A DNA stretch of 64,000 nucleotides from Limisphaerales bacterium. Lineage in GTDB: Bacteria; Verrucomicrobiota; Verrucomicrobiia; Limisphaerales; AAA164-E04. A program made the position numbers and the translations under genes. Under the pieces are notes generated by a model that was not told the origin of the DNA, did no database searches, and saw only the letters and a list, made by a program, of their open reading frames with translations. The DNA lies in NCBI GenBank assembly GCA_965221075.1, contig OZ244865.1, forward strand, positions 132,043 to 196,042, in the 5' to 3' direction. Numbering within the stretch: position 1 is the first letter of the stretch; each line of letters starts with the position of its first letter. Below, one piece after another: positions 38,891-49,671 of this stretch.

Positions 38891-41092
38891 ATGCAACCGG
38901 AGAACCAACCCGGAAAGGCCCAGGACTCCAAGCTCCACTTCCTGGACTACTGGCGCATCATCCGCATCCGCAAGGCGGTGATCTTCCTGGTCTTCCTCCT
39001 GGTGGTGATCACCACCGCGGTGGTCAGCGTGCTCACCCCCCCGACCTTCGCCAGCACCGCCCGCATCAACATCAAGAAGGACACCACCGACATCAACCCC
39101 CTGCTGAACTTCCCGGCGGGCGACTCGCAGTTCGATCCGTTCTGGATGCAGACCCAGTTCCAGATCATCCAGTCGAAGAAGGTGCTCTATCCGGTGATCG
39201 AGGATCTGGTGCTGGTCCAGGCCTGGGCGGAGCGGTTCAAGGAGCCCACCCTCACCCAGCGGGAGACCTTCCAGATCCTGCAGAACTCGATCGAGATCGA
39301 GCAGTTCCAGAACACCAGCTTCATCGAGATCACCGCCTACAGCCGGGACAGGGACGAGGCGGCCAACATCGCCAACAGCATCGCCGAATCCTACAAGAAG
39401 ATCCGGTCGGCCAGCTTGACCAACAAGTCGGGCGAGGGACTCAAGAAGCTAAAGGAGAGCCATAAAGGGGTACTTGCCGAGATCGACACGATGACGCAGG
39501 AGATGGACCGGCTGCGGCGGGAAAACGACATCATCGACCTCTACATCCCCGAGGGCAGCCCCGTGGCCTCCACCGCCGGACCCCAGAAGCTGGCCGAGGT
39601 GGAAGTTCAGCGCACCAAGAACAAAGCCGAGCTAGCGAGCTTCAAGTCCCTCCACCAGAAGCTGACGCTAATGGACCGGGACGAGCTGCGACGGGTCGTC
39701 CTAACGGTGATTCCCAACAACCCGCGGCTCTCCAACCTGATCAACTCCTATGACGCCGTTGTCCAGATCCTGGTGGACAACCCCTTGGAGCGGGGGCCGG
39801 ACCATCCCGAGCGGAAGTCCAAGATCGCGCTGAAGGAAAAGCTGGAGGAGCAGATCGACACCGAGATTCAGGCCACCATCGACGGACTCGGACACAACAT
39901 CGAGATCTACGAGGACAAGGATCTTCAGCTGGAGAATCTTATCAAGGAGATCAACACCAAGGAAAGCACTTTGGCGGAGGTGTACCGGCCCTACTCCCGG
40001 CTTAAGCGTGAACGGGAGAACAAGCAGAATCTGGCCGACATGGTGGTTAACCGCATCGTGATGGAAGAGATCGACTCCAATCTGCCCATCGAGTCGATCG
40101 TGGAGACCTACGACGAGGCCGAACCGGCCCTCTCCCAGGTGCGGCCCAACCTGACGCTCAACATCGCCCTGGGTGTGCTGGTGGGACTGGTGGCCGGAGT
40201 GGGGCTCGCCTTCTTCATCGAGTACCTGGACACCAGCGTCAAGACCATCGACGACGTGGAGAAAGCGATGGAATCGCCGGTGCTGGGAGTGATACCGCAG
40301 AACGTGGGATCCCTTCTGGACGAGGGCGCCGAGAGCCCCCATGCCGAGGCATACCGGATCCTGCGCACCAATGTCCTCTTCTCCCGCAAGAACAAGGAGA
40401 ACACCGCCATGACCGTGGTCAGCGGAGGGGCCGGGGAAGGGAAGTCGACCACCATCTTCAACCTGGCCGCCATCTTCGCCCAGAGCGGCAGCCGGGTGCT
40501 GCTGGTCGATTCCGACCTGCGCCGTCCCAGCCTCCACCGCATCCTGGGAATCTCCAACGCCCGGGGGCTGACAGACTACCTCCTGGAGCAGGCCGGCCTG
40601 GACGAGGTGATCCAGACAACCAAGCAGGAACTGCTGGACTTCCTGCCCAGCGGGAAGCTGCTGAGCAGCTCCATGGGAGTGCTCAACTCCGAGCGCATGA
40701 AGGACTTCGTCGAAGATATGAAGACCCGCTACGACTTCGTCCTGTTCGATTCCCCCCCGATCATGGGCGTGAGCGACGCCTCCATCCTGACCAGCCTGGT
40801 GGACATGGCCCTCCTGGTGATCCAGTACCGCAAGTATCCGCAGGCCATGACCATCCGGGCCAAGCAGATGGTGGAGAAGGTGGGCGACAACAACCTGCTG
40901 GGGGTGGTGCTCAACAACATCAACATCTCCCAGGATTCCTACTACTACTACTACAGCGGCTACTACTACGACTACTACTCCCGATCCTCGCAGGACGAGG
41001 ACAGCAGCTCCAACGGCAAACCCGCCGCCCAGGCCACATCCAAGAAGACCAGACGACTGGCCGCAACCCCGGAACGGGAATCCAAGTTCTGA
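38891..41092 (+). CDS. wzc: Polysaccharide co-polymerase / BY-tyrosine autokinase (Wzc/GumC type)
   Basis: 733 aa. Wzz-like N-terminus with TM helices, a long coiled coil, Walker A SGGAGEGKSTT, VLLVDSDLRRPS, Walker B-like FVLFDSPP, and a C-terminal Tyr cluster SYYYYYSGYYYDYYS. Confidence 0.85.
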   Translation: MQPENQPGKAQDSKLHFLDYWRIIRIRKAVIFLVFLLVVITTAVVSVLTPPTFASTARINIKKDTTDINPLLNFPAGDSQFDPFWMQTQFQIIQSKKVLYPVIEDLVLVQAWAERFKEPTLTQRETFQILQNSIEIEQFQNTSFIEITAYSRDRDEAANIANSIAESYKKIRSASLTNKSGEGLKKLKESHKGVLAEIDTMTQEMDRLRRENDIIDLYIPEGSPVASTAGPQKLAEVEVQRTKNKAELASFKSLHQKLTLMDRDELRRVVLTVIPNNPRLSNLINSYDAVVQILVDNPLERGPDHPERKSKIALKEKLEEQIDTEIQATIDGLGHNIEIYEDKDLQLENLIKEINTKESTLAEVYRPYSRLKRERENKQNLADMVVNRIVMEEIDSNLPIESIVETYDEAEPALSQVRPNLTLNIALGVLVGLVAGVGLAFFIEYLDTSVKTIDDVEKAMESPVLGVIPQNVGSLLDEGAESPHAEAYRILRTNVLFSRKNKENTAMTVVSGGAGEGKSTTIFNLAAIFAQSGSRVLLVDSDLRRPSLHRILGISNARGLTDYLLEQAGLDEVIQTTKQELLDFLPSGKLLSSSMGVLNSERMKDFVEDMKTRYDFVLFDSPPIMGVSDASILTSLVDMALLVIQYRKYPQAMTIRAKQMVEKVGDNNLLGVVLNNINISQDSYYYYYSGYYYDYYSRSSQDEDSSSNGKPAAQATSKKTRRLAATPERESKF

Positions 41093-41102
41093 GGAGGAAG
41101 CG

Positions 41103-41762
41103 ATGGCCACTCGGGACAAGATGAGAAGGTTCGGAAGCGCCGTGGCCGTCCGGTTTCTTGCCGTGCTGCTGGCCTGGGCGTGCCTGGGCTCCTCCTGCAG
41201 GGACGGCTCCGACGTCAAGCCCGCCACCCCTTCTCCGGTGGTTGGGGAAAGCGATGTGGCTGAAGACAGCGAGAGCACGCTCGAGATTGGCAACCAGTTG
41301 GAGATCCAGTTCTCCGGAGTGCCCAATCCTCCCACCCCCCTCAGGGCAACCATCCGCGAGAGCGGAACCATCCAGCCCCCACTGCTCGACCCCACCAATC
41401 CGGTCAAAGCAGCCGGCCGCACGGTGGACGAACTGCGCAACAAACTGATGGAGCGCTATGTGCCGGGCCTGTTCAACACCCTCACCATCACCATCGAGAT
41501 CGTCAACCGCTACTATAGCGTGACCGGGGAGGTCCGCATGCCGAACACCTACACCTATATCGAGGGGATGACGGTGATGGATGCCATCGCCAAAGCCTCC
41601 GACATCAACGACTTTGGAAGCAGGAAGAGGATCAAGATCACCCGAAAGAAGGACGGTTCCCAGCTGATCTTCAACTTGGATCGGGCCCAGGACGATCCCT
41701 CCCGCAATATCCCGCTCTATCCCGGGGACCACATACATGTGCCCCGCCGCCGCTTCTTTTAG
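41103..41762 (+). CDS. wza: Polysaccharide export lipoprotein (Wza/PST family)
   Basis: Lipobox LGSSC. Poly_export-like block PGLFNTLTITIEIVNRYYSVTGEVRMPNTYTYIEGMTVMDAIAKA and a terminal YPGDHIHVPRR. Confidence 0.75.
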   Translation: MATRDKMRRFGSAVAVRFLAVLLAWACLGSSCRDGSDVKPATPSPVVGESDVAEDSESTLEIGNQLEIQFSGVPNPPTPLRATIRESGTIQPPLLDPTNPVKAAGRTVDELRNKLMERYVPGLFNTLTITIEIVNRYYSVTGEVRMPNTYTYIEGMTVMDAIAKASDINDFGSRKRIKITRKKDGSQLIFNLDRAQDDPSRNIPLYPGDHIHVPRRRFF

Positions 41763-41929
41763 CCCGCCCTCCCCTGGAGAGCCTTTGGGCAGCCTTTCCC
41801 GCCCCGGATCCCGATCGCCCGCAAATGCGGCCTATGGCCGTATCCGGGCATGCACCTTCGAACTGCCCGGCTGAAAGCCTGCAGAGCCTGCATTCCTGGC
41901 CTCCGGATCCTCTCCCCTGACCATCTCTC

Positions 41930-43735
41930 ATGGCTTCGCCTCCACCGGAACGCTGGTCGGGAGGCCTCGGCCGGGCCCTGACGGCCCTATTCGACAGCAG
42001 GCCGGCCTGGATAATGCTCGTCGAGCACGATCTCAAGAGGGGGACACACCGCATTGTCAGGCTGATAACCAGGGCTGCAGCAGTGGCCACAGTGGTGGTG
42101 TGCCTGCTGAACCTGGCCACGCTTCATTCGGATCCTGAATCCTATCTGATCGGAGCTACAATAATCAGCTCCATTTCACTGTTCGCTCTGTCCGTCTGGA
42201 CTACGTTCAACTCCCGCTTGAGAAACGGAGAGCTGGAGCTTCAGACTCCTGTCGGAACTTGGGGCTTCTTCCTGCATGGAATAGGCTCGGGAATCGCACC
42301 CGTCATTCCCGCCCTGATGCTCGTGACCGTTCCTCTCGTTTTCGTCCCTGCCTCCATCGGGATCTCTCCAACCTATGGATTGAGCTACTGGGCGATTAGC
42401 GCAGCAATGGCCATGCTGGGAACCTCGACAGCACTGCTTGAATCGATGACGCTCAGGAGCAGCTCTCTGACGTCAGGCAACGGCATAATCAAAGGCCAGA
42501 TTGCGCTGATCCAACTGTTTGGACTGATGATCGTGCCGTTTTTTCTGACCTTCAATACATTGCTCGGCCATGAATTCAGTCAAAAAACCATTTTTCATCA
42601 AACAGTTGCAACAATTTTCATTATGATTCTGCCCGTATTGGCAATAATTCGCGTATTTGACGGACATTTCAAAACCACCTGTCGGAACGCCGTTTTCTTC
42701 TCTTTCGCCATCAACATTCCCCTCTGTATCGTTTTCGTGATCCAGAGCTGTGGATGGTGGAGCGATACATGGAACTGGACGTATCCTGCCAGCCATTCCC
42801 TGTTGATAGGCTTGCTTGCTCTATACTGCGCCAATATCAGAACATCTATCCAAAAGGGAACCATGCGCCGACGCACGTTCGAAGCGGAAAAGCGATCTGA
42901 ATCTGCACCTTGTAAAAAAGATCGTAATACGATGCAATTCCAGGAATCCATTCCAGGAAAGTGGGTTTCTATCTTCGACAAGGAGGCAGCAACCGCCAGA
43001 AATCCTGTTCCAGGGATTCTGATAACTGCGATCCTGGTTCTGGCAGTGTCGCTGGCAGGATCAGCCTACATCGATCCTGATCTCTTCAGGAATCCATCAT
43101 ACTTCCTGGTTGTTTACATGTTCGTGGAGGTCAGTACATTGACCGCATGGAGAAGCGATGCTGAAAATGTATTGAAAACAGATCGCCGTTCAGGCATGCT
43201 CGATCTCGTTTTGCTTGCGCCAAGAGTAGATAAAACTATTGTTCAAGGCGTCTTCAAGGCAGAAAGGGAGCTCTGGAATAGAAAAACCAGAAAGTTCATG
43301 TTCGTCATTCCCTTTACGCTTTCTCTGGCGCTGATCTGCTTCTTTCTCCTATATCAGGAACTTGGTTGCTTTCTTGCTTCGTCCTACCTGATCGCATCGG
43401 CATTATTCTTCAACCGCATCAGGCTGAAAATGTTCTGGATCGTTACGGTGAGAAAGAGTCTCAGCCAATCTACGCAGTCAATCTTGCACTTGCTGGAGCC
43501 AATTATTTTTCTTGGCGTTGCAAACCTCTTGTTTTCATGGAACTTGCTTTTTACCCCTACTATCGACTCCATTTCGAATAGAATTGGAGATTGCTTGATT
43601 CTGGTTGGGTTCTTTTCTGCTAGCACGCTCGTCCAGTACATCTATCTCAAATACAAGTTTCGGGAGGCCTTGGACGAACTGCATTCAATTAGAAAGCTAT
43701 GCTCCGAAGAAATGGACATGCGACTGCGTTCCTGA
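41930..43735 (+). CDS. Polytopic membrane protein, divergent low-GC relative of the doubled ABC-2-like family (array 2, copy 1, intact)
   Basis: 601 aa. N-terminal RPAWIMLVEHDLK and RNGELELQTPVG, then a second-half motif DRRSGMLDLVLLAPR. Many TM helices. It is the only intact member of three tandem paralogues. Confidence 0.65.
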   Translation: MASPPPERWSGGLGRALTALFDSRPAWIMLVEHDLKRGTHRIVRLITRAAAVATVVVCLLNLATLHSDPESYLIGATIISSISLFALSVWTTFNSRLRNGELELQTPVGTWGFFLHGIGSGIAPVIPALMLVTVPLVFVPASIGISPTYGLSYWAISAAMAMLGTSTALLESMTLRSSSLTSGNGIIKGQIALIQLFGLMIVPFFLTFNTLLGHEFSQKTIFHQTVATIFIMILPVLAIIRVFDGHFKTTCRNAVFFSFAINIPLCIVFVIQSCGWWSDTWNWTYPASHSLLIGLLALYCANIRTSIQKGTMRRRTFEAEKRSESAPCKKDRNTMQFQESIPGKWVSIFDKEAATARNPVPGILITAILVLAVSLAGSAYIDPDLFRNPSYFLVVYMFVEVSTLTAWRSDAENVLKTDRRSGMLDLVLLAPRVDKTIVQGVFKAERELWNRKTRKFMFVIPFTLSLALICFFLLYQELGCFLASSYLIASALFFNRIRLKMFWIVTVRKSLSQSTQSILHLLEPIIFLGVANLLFSWNLLFTPTIDSISNRIGDCLILVGFFSASTLVQYIYLKYKFREALDELHSIRKLCSEEMDMRLRS

Positions 43736-44031
43736 TCCGCCAGCCTTCTTGCCAGATAGATTGCTAGCTGCGTTCTTCCAGCCTGGCTTATCCAAATATG
43801 TGCCAAATCGATCTCATTGCTTCCCCCTCCTGTTCTTCAATTGCCGACGCAAGCTTGAATTGAAACGGGCCAGTTCCGAATGAGTTCCAAGCTTCACCAT
43901 GTCCTGAATCCTATCGCTCTTGCCGACGTAGCCGCTCCTGGGCCATCTTCTGGAGCAACCATCGGCCTGCCCATCCAAGCGATCGTGGTAGGAACCTGTG
44001 GCACACAAATCCACATTTCTGATCATCGTCT

Positions 44032-45804
44032 ATGAATTCGCCTATTCCTGAACACAGATCGAAAGACCTCGGCCAGGTCATGACGGCCCTTTTCGACATC
44101 AGACCAGCCTGGATCATGCTCGTCGAGCACGATCTGAAAGGGGAAAACTACAGAATTGTCAACCTGATTGCCAGGTCTGCGGCAGTGGCTACAGTGGTGG
44201 TGTGCCTGCTTCTCCTGATCGCGAATCATTCGGATCCTGAATCCTATCTGATCGGCGCTTCAATCATCGGTTCCACTACAATGTTCGCGCTATCTGCCTG
44301 GAATACGTTGAACTCCCGCTTGAGAAGCGGAGAACTTGAGCTTCAGTCACCTGTCGGGACCTGGGGCTTCTTCCTGCATGGAATAGGTTCTGGAATCGCA
44401 CCCATAATCCCTGCCCTGTGGCTCTTGATCGTTCCTCTTGTTTTCATTCCTGTTTCCATCGGAAGCTCTCTGGTCGAAGGATTGAACTGCTGGGCGATTG
44501 GCGCAGCAATGGCCATGCTAGGAGCCTCGACTGGACTGCTTTCATCGATGACCCTTAGGAGCAAGCCTTTGACTACTGACAGTGGTATAAACAAAGAGCA
44601 GGCGTTCATACAGCTTATTTCTACTACAGGCATGTTGGCTCTTGTGACTAGTCATACAATCCGTTATTTTGAATCTCCCGCCATCTCAATTATCATAGTA
44701 TCTGTTTTTGCTATTATCGTGCCTGGCGATTCAATAAAGAAAGTGATAAACGGGCATTTCAATTGTTCTTCAAGAATTGCCTCCCTCTACTGCTATATTA
44801 TCACTACTCCCATCGGCGCAATTGTCGCACTCCAATGCAGTGGATGGTGGAGCGATGAATGAAACTGGTCGTATCCTGCAAGCTATTCCCTTCTCATCGG
44901 TTTGCTTGCTCTGTACTGTGCAAGGATCAGGACGTCGATCCAAAAGGGATCATGTCGAACGATTGTAGCGAAGCAAAGATCCGCACCACCGCCTCGAAAT
45001 GAAAAAAATGATTTGCTACAGACCCTGGCATCCATTCCAGGAAAATGGATCACGATCTTCGACAAAAAAACAGTTGTCGACAAAAGTCCAGTTTTAGAAA
45101 TTGTAACTATTGCGATCTTGGTTCTGACTGTATCATTTGCAGGATCAGCCTACATCGATACTAATCTCTTCGGCAATCCGTCCAGCTATGTGTTTGTTTA
45201 TATTGCCGTAGAGTGTGCCGAAATCATGAATTTGAGGACCCACGCTACATACGTCTTGGGAAAAGATCGCCGTTCCGGAATGCTCGATCACATTCTGCTT
45301 GCGCCAAGGATTGAAGAAGTAATTGTTAAAGGAGTCATTAAAGCCGAAAAGGAATACTGGATGAAAAGAACTAGAAGGTTCATGTTTTCCTTTCCCATTG
45401 CGCTCTCACTGACCCAATTGGTATTCTTCTTGCTGCATCATGAACTTGAACACCTTCTTGCTATTTCCTATCTGCTTGCATCTTCGTTGTTGATAAACAG
45501 GATCAGGCTAAAGATGTATTGGATTGTATCTGCAAGAAATGGCTTAAATACATCCATTAATCATTTAATAGCGCCTTTTACAGATCCTGTCGGCATTCTT
45601 ATAACGGCAAACCTCATAATATCTATTTGCATTGTGCTTGTATCCTCCCCTTTCAATCCTGTCAAAACTTGGCATTTCTTGCTAATGGTTGTTTTCATCT
45701 CTGTCAGCACACTCGTCCAGTATTTTTATCTTAAATTGAAATTCCAGCGCGCGATAAACGAACTAGTATCGATAAGAAAGCATTGCTCCGGCAGACTAGG
45801 CTAG
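44032..45804 (+). pseudogene. Array 2, copy 2: same family, one in-frame TGA
   Basis: ORFs 44032..44862 and 44902..45804 are in the same frame. The TGA at 44860..44862 aligns to the Trp in SDTWNWTYPAS (copy 1) and NAWIWLYPAS (copy 3). Confidence 0.7.
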
Positions 45805-46782
45805 CGAGAAAGATACTGGGCTATCTCATCCGCAAAGACATTTGTTCGTTGCAATCATGCCTCAAGCACGAATCATGCAGATTATAGATTTCATCGAATT
45901 CATAGGACTTTCGTCTTTTCATATAATAGAGGCCTGTTACAGACCTGATGAACAGCCTGCCAGGAAACATCCTTCCACTACAAGGAGATTGAATCTATAT
46001 GGGCTCTGTACTGGATGATTTCCAGGATCAAGCTCGCAGGGATCCGAATCGCTCAACAATGCAGCATACGCCTTCAGTGTACACTAAGAAAAAACATGCT
46101 TGAAAAGCTGTCAATTGACAATATTCAAGGAATTTGGTGCGATCGTCCTGAACATCGCCTATGAATTCTCCGGCTCCAAACCACAGATCTGGAATCATTG
46201 GTCGGATTCTCACAGCTCATTTCAATGTAAGACCTGCCTGGATCATACTTGTCGAGCATGATCTTAAGGGAAGAAACTACCGCAGATTCTACCTGATCTC
46301 CAGAACTGCTGCTGTGGCTTCAGTGCTGCTGTGCCTGGCTCTTCTGCCCGTTCTTCACTCGGATCCGGAATTCTATCTGAAGCTTGCTTCAACCATTTGC
46401 TCCATTTCATTGCTCGCTCTTTCAATGTGGACAACGTTCAAGACACGCCTGAAGCACGGAGAACTAGCGCTTCAGACTCCTGTTGGAAGCTGGAGCTTTT
46501 TCCTCCATGGAATGGTTTCTGGGTTTGCACCCGTTGTTCTTGTACTGATTCTATTGCTCGTTCCTATCGTGCTCGTTCCTGCTTCCACAGGGAACACCCT
46601 GGCTGACGGATTGAACTACTGGACGATGATTGCATCAATGGCAATGCTAGGAGCCTCCCTTGCGATGCTTGCCACGATGCCTCGCAAATTCAACGTTCCG
46701 CCAATTGGCCGTGAAATAGACAAGAGGCGGCCGCACAGCCTATTCTACACTGAAGTCGCTTTCGTTCTGTTTCTTCTTTGTT

Positions 46783-48464
46783 GCCTCTACTGAAAATCGT
46801 GTGGGTTTGTGCTGTCCAGACAGCCGGGGCTGGCGCTAGCCATGGCACCTCGGCTCCATAGTCACAGACAGCCTGCGCCATGTGTTTGGTTCCATTTCCT
46901 ACCCTAAGTGGTCCCGGGGGTGCAGGGGGCAGCGCCCCCTGCGGCAGAGGGGGGCCAGTGGCCTCGGCCTCGGCGGATCGCTGCAGAGCGCCTGTCCCCT
47001 GGACAGCACAGTCATGCGTAGGATCGCTCCATCGACCGGGTCGTCCAGCGTTTCGATGCCGTCGAGGTTCCGGACAGCCGGCCAGAGCTTCGCTGACGGG
47101 TGTTCGACCGGCATAGCGGGACCTTGACGCCCCAGTGTCGGCGAACACACTGAGGTCGGCCCGAATGGAGCAGAAAGCCTTCTTCGGCATGGTAAACCAT
47201 AGCAGGAACGCCCTATGAACAACGAACTGTTCACCGTCGCCCTCGGCTTGTCCGAACCCTGGGTTGTCACAGCTCTGGAGTTCGACGAGTCCGAGCGCAA
47301 GCTGATCTTGCGTGTCGACTTCCGTCGGGGTGCGCGCTTTGCGCATGGCGATGCCGAGGGCGTCCATCCGGTGCATGACACGCTGATCAAGAGCTTCCGC
47401 CACCTGAGCTTCTTCCAGCACGAGTGCGAACTGGTGGCCCGCGTCCCGCGTGTGCGCCTGCCGGATGGACGAGTGGCGCTGGTGGAGCCGCCCTGGGCGG
47501 GCCGCCGCTCCGGCTTCACGCTCCTCTTCGAGGCGCTCGTCGTCACCCTGTGCCAGCAGATGTCCTTTGCCGTGGCAGCGCGGCTGGCGGGGCTTTCGCC
47601 GCACCGGGCCCAGTCGATCTGTGCTTGCTACGTCGACATGGCCGTCGCACAGACCGACCTCTCCGAAACCAGCGCCGTCGCCATCGACGAAACCTCCCGG
47701 GCGCGTGGCCACGACTACGTCACCGTCGCCGCAGACGCCAACGCACGCCGAGTCGTCTTTGTCGGCGAGGGGCGCAGCGCCAGGACCGTCGGAGAGTTCG
47801 CCGACGCGCTGGAGGCGCACGGCGGCGATCCCAAGGCGGTCCAATCGGTCTCCATCGACATGTCGCCCGCATTCATCAGCGGCGTCGCCGAGCATCTGCC
47901 CAACGCAGAGATCACCTTCGACAAGTTCCACGTAGTTGCCCACGCCTCCAAGGCGCTCGACGCAACCCGGCGCATCGAGCAGCGGAGCGACCCGGATCTC
48001 AAGGGCCTGCGATGGACCCTGCTCAAGAATCCTGGCAGCCTCGGGCCCGCTCAGCGAGCCGACCTCGATGCGCTCCTGGCCAACGTCGTCGGCAAGCGCA
48101 CGGCCCGTGCCTGGATGTACCGGGAGCAGCTGAGGGAGATCCTCAACCGCAAGCAGATCCACGTAGTCAGGGCCATGCTCCACCAGTGGTGCACCAACGT
48201 GAACCGCTCCAAGGTCGAGCCCATGAAGGCCGTCGCCAGGATGATCCGAAAGCACATCCATGGGATCGCCGCCTGGGCCAGAACACGCCGCACCAACGGC
48301 TTCATCGAGGCACTCAACGGGCTGTTCCAGTCCGCCAAGCGCCGCGCCAGAGGCTACCGCTGCTTCAAGACCATCCGCACCGTCTTCTTCCTCATCGCCG
48401 GGAAGCTCGACTTCGCCAAGCTCAACCCCCATGTCGCTTAACCCACACGTTTTTTGGTAGAGCC
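46783..48464 (+). mobile_element. ISL3-family insertion sequence (1682 bp) with imperfect ~25-bp terminal inverted repeats and an 8-bp target duplication
   Basis: IRL GCCTCTACTGAAAATCGTGTGGGTT (46783..46807) compared with the reverse complement of IRR, GGCTCTACCAAAAAACGTGTGGGTT (48440..48464). Direct repeat TCTTTGTT at 46775..46782 and 48465..48472. Confidence 0.85.
47215..48441 (+). CDS. ISL3-family transposase
   Basis: 408 aa. N-terminal FTVALGLSEPWVV, then VAIDETSRARGHDYVTV, SIDMSPAFISGV, ITFDKFHVV and NGFIEALNGLFQSAKRRARGYR, the typical ISL3 DDE transposase layout. Confidence 0.9.
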   Translation: MNNELFTVALGLSEPWVVTALEFDESERKLILRVDFRRGARFAHGDAEGVHPVHDTLIKSFRHLSFFQHECELVARVPRVRLPDGRVALVEPPWAGRRSGFTLLFEALVVTLCQQMSFAVAARLAGLSPHRAQSICACYVDMAVAQTDLSETSAVAIDETSRARGHDYVTVAADANARRVVFVGEGRSARTVGEFADALEAHGGDPKAVQSVSIDMSPAFISGVAEHLPNAEITFDKFHVVAHASKALDATRRIEQRSDPDLKGLRWTLLKNPGSLGPAQRADLDALLANVVGKRTARAWMYREQLREILNRKQIHVVRAMLHQWCTNVNRSKVEPMKAVARMIRKHIHGIAAWARTRRTNGFIEALNGLFQSAKRRARGYRCFKTIRTVFFLIAGKLDFAKLNPHVA

Positions 48465-49226
48465 TCTTTGTTTTTATAATTTGTTTCACAGTGAACATCC
48501 TAAAGGCCACTTGAGAACAATTATAGATGTTTGCTTGGCGACAATTTGGATAGGGGGATGGATCAGGGGCGCAATTGACAAGCATGTCCACAGATCGCTG
48601 TTTGCACTTAGGCTTTTCTGTTATCTTATCGTGCTATTGATCGGAGCTAATTATGTGTTTACGATTTCTGGATGGTGGAACAATGCTTGGATCTGGTTAT
48701 ATCCCGCTAGTCAGTCCGTGCTATTCTGCTCGCTGGCTCTGTGCTGCGCCAGAATCAGAACATCGATCCGAAGGGGTATCATGGAGAAACCTATCGATAT
48801 TGGCATTCATTCCGAGGCTGATTCAAGCGACGACGATCCATTGTCGTGGCAGAACAAGGAGACCCTTCCAGGCAAGTGGGCGTCCGTATTATATGATATG
48901 GAACCAGCAGTCAAGAATCCAATTCCGGGAATACTACTCTTCTCGATTGTCGTTCTGGCAGTATCTTTGTCAGGAACGTTTCTTTATTCTAGTTTATTTA
49001 GCAATCCTTTTGTTTATATCTGTGCCTATGTCATTATGGAGTGCACTTCACTGGACACATGGAATAGTAATGCCAACAAATCAGTGGGTAATGATCGACG
49101 ATCCGGAATGCTCGATCTCGTTCTACTAGCTCCGAAGGCCGAGGAATTCGTGGTGCAAGGCGTTGTCAAGGCCGAGCGTGATCTATGGAAACAAGGGTCT
49201 GGAAGAATGTTCATGGCCAGCTTCCC

Positions 49227-49671
49227 TGTTATTTGCGGCGATTATCCTGACAGTTTTTCCCAGATTGCTCCGGGCTGACATCCAATCGAGGGAGGCCATT
49301 GGCCTTGCAGGAGGCGATAGGCGCTTGCTGCCTGAGGAGAAGACTTCCTGGAAGGGAAAAGCTGCCTGATCCCGCTGGTTTGAGCGGCAGCCGATGGAGC
49401 AGCTCTACTTTCCGGGTACGTCATTCCAGTCATAGGCCCGACACAGGCCTCGGGCGTCGGACGGCCGGATTGTCCCTGCATGAGGCGGAAGACGTAGCAG
49501 TTTTCGCACTGGTCGCGATCGAAGACGCAGAGGATCCGCTTCAGGTTCCAGCTCCAAACCGTTCTGGGATGCGGAAGGAGGTTCCCGAGGTGGAGACGAA
49601 GATGGTGTCGCTTGCTGGGGGACAGCCGAAAAAAGATCTCCCGATTCACCGGAATATCTACGCAAATAACA
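49227..49671. mobile_element. 445-bp non-autonomous (MITE-like) insertion with 11-bp perfect terminal inverted repeats
   Basis: TGTTATTTGCG at 49227..49237 and CGCAAATAACA at 49661..49671. Flanking direct repeat CTTCCC at 49221..49226 and 49672..49677. The element is GC-rich, unlike the AT-richer host gene. No recognisable transposase. Confidence 0.6.

Noticed and set aside
40938-40980. TAC-rich microsatellite-like run (tactactactactac...tactactac)
   Set aside because: It is in frame in wzc and encodes the C-terminal tyrosine cluster (YYYYYSGYYYDYY) expected of BY-kinases. It is not a non-coding simple repeat.
44860-44862. In-frame TGA read as selenocysteine or as TGA=Trp recoding
   Set aside because: TGA is used as an ordinary stop by many confidently called genes in this window, including all the ATGA-overlap junctions. 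The codon aligns to TGG in both paralogues, so a simple G-to-A nonsense mutation is the most economical reading. I could not identify a SECIS-like element.
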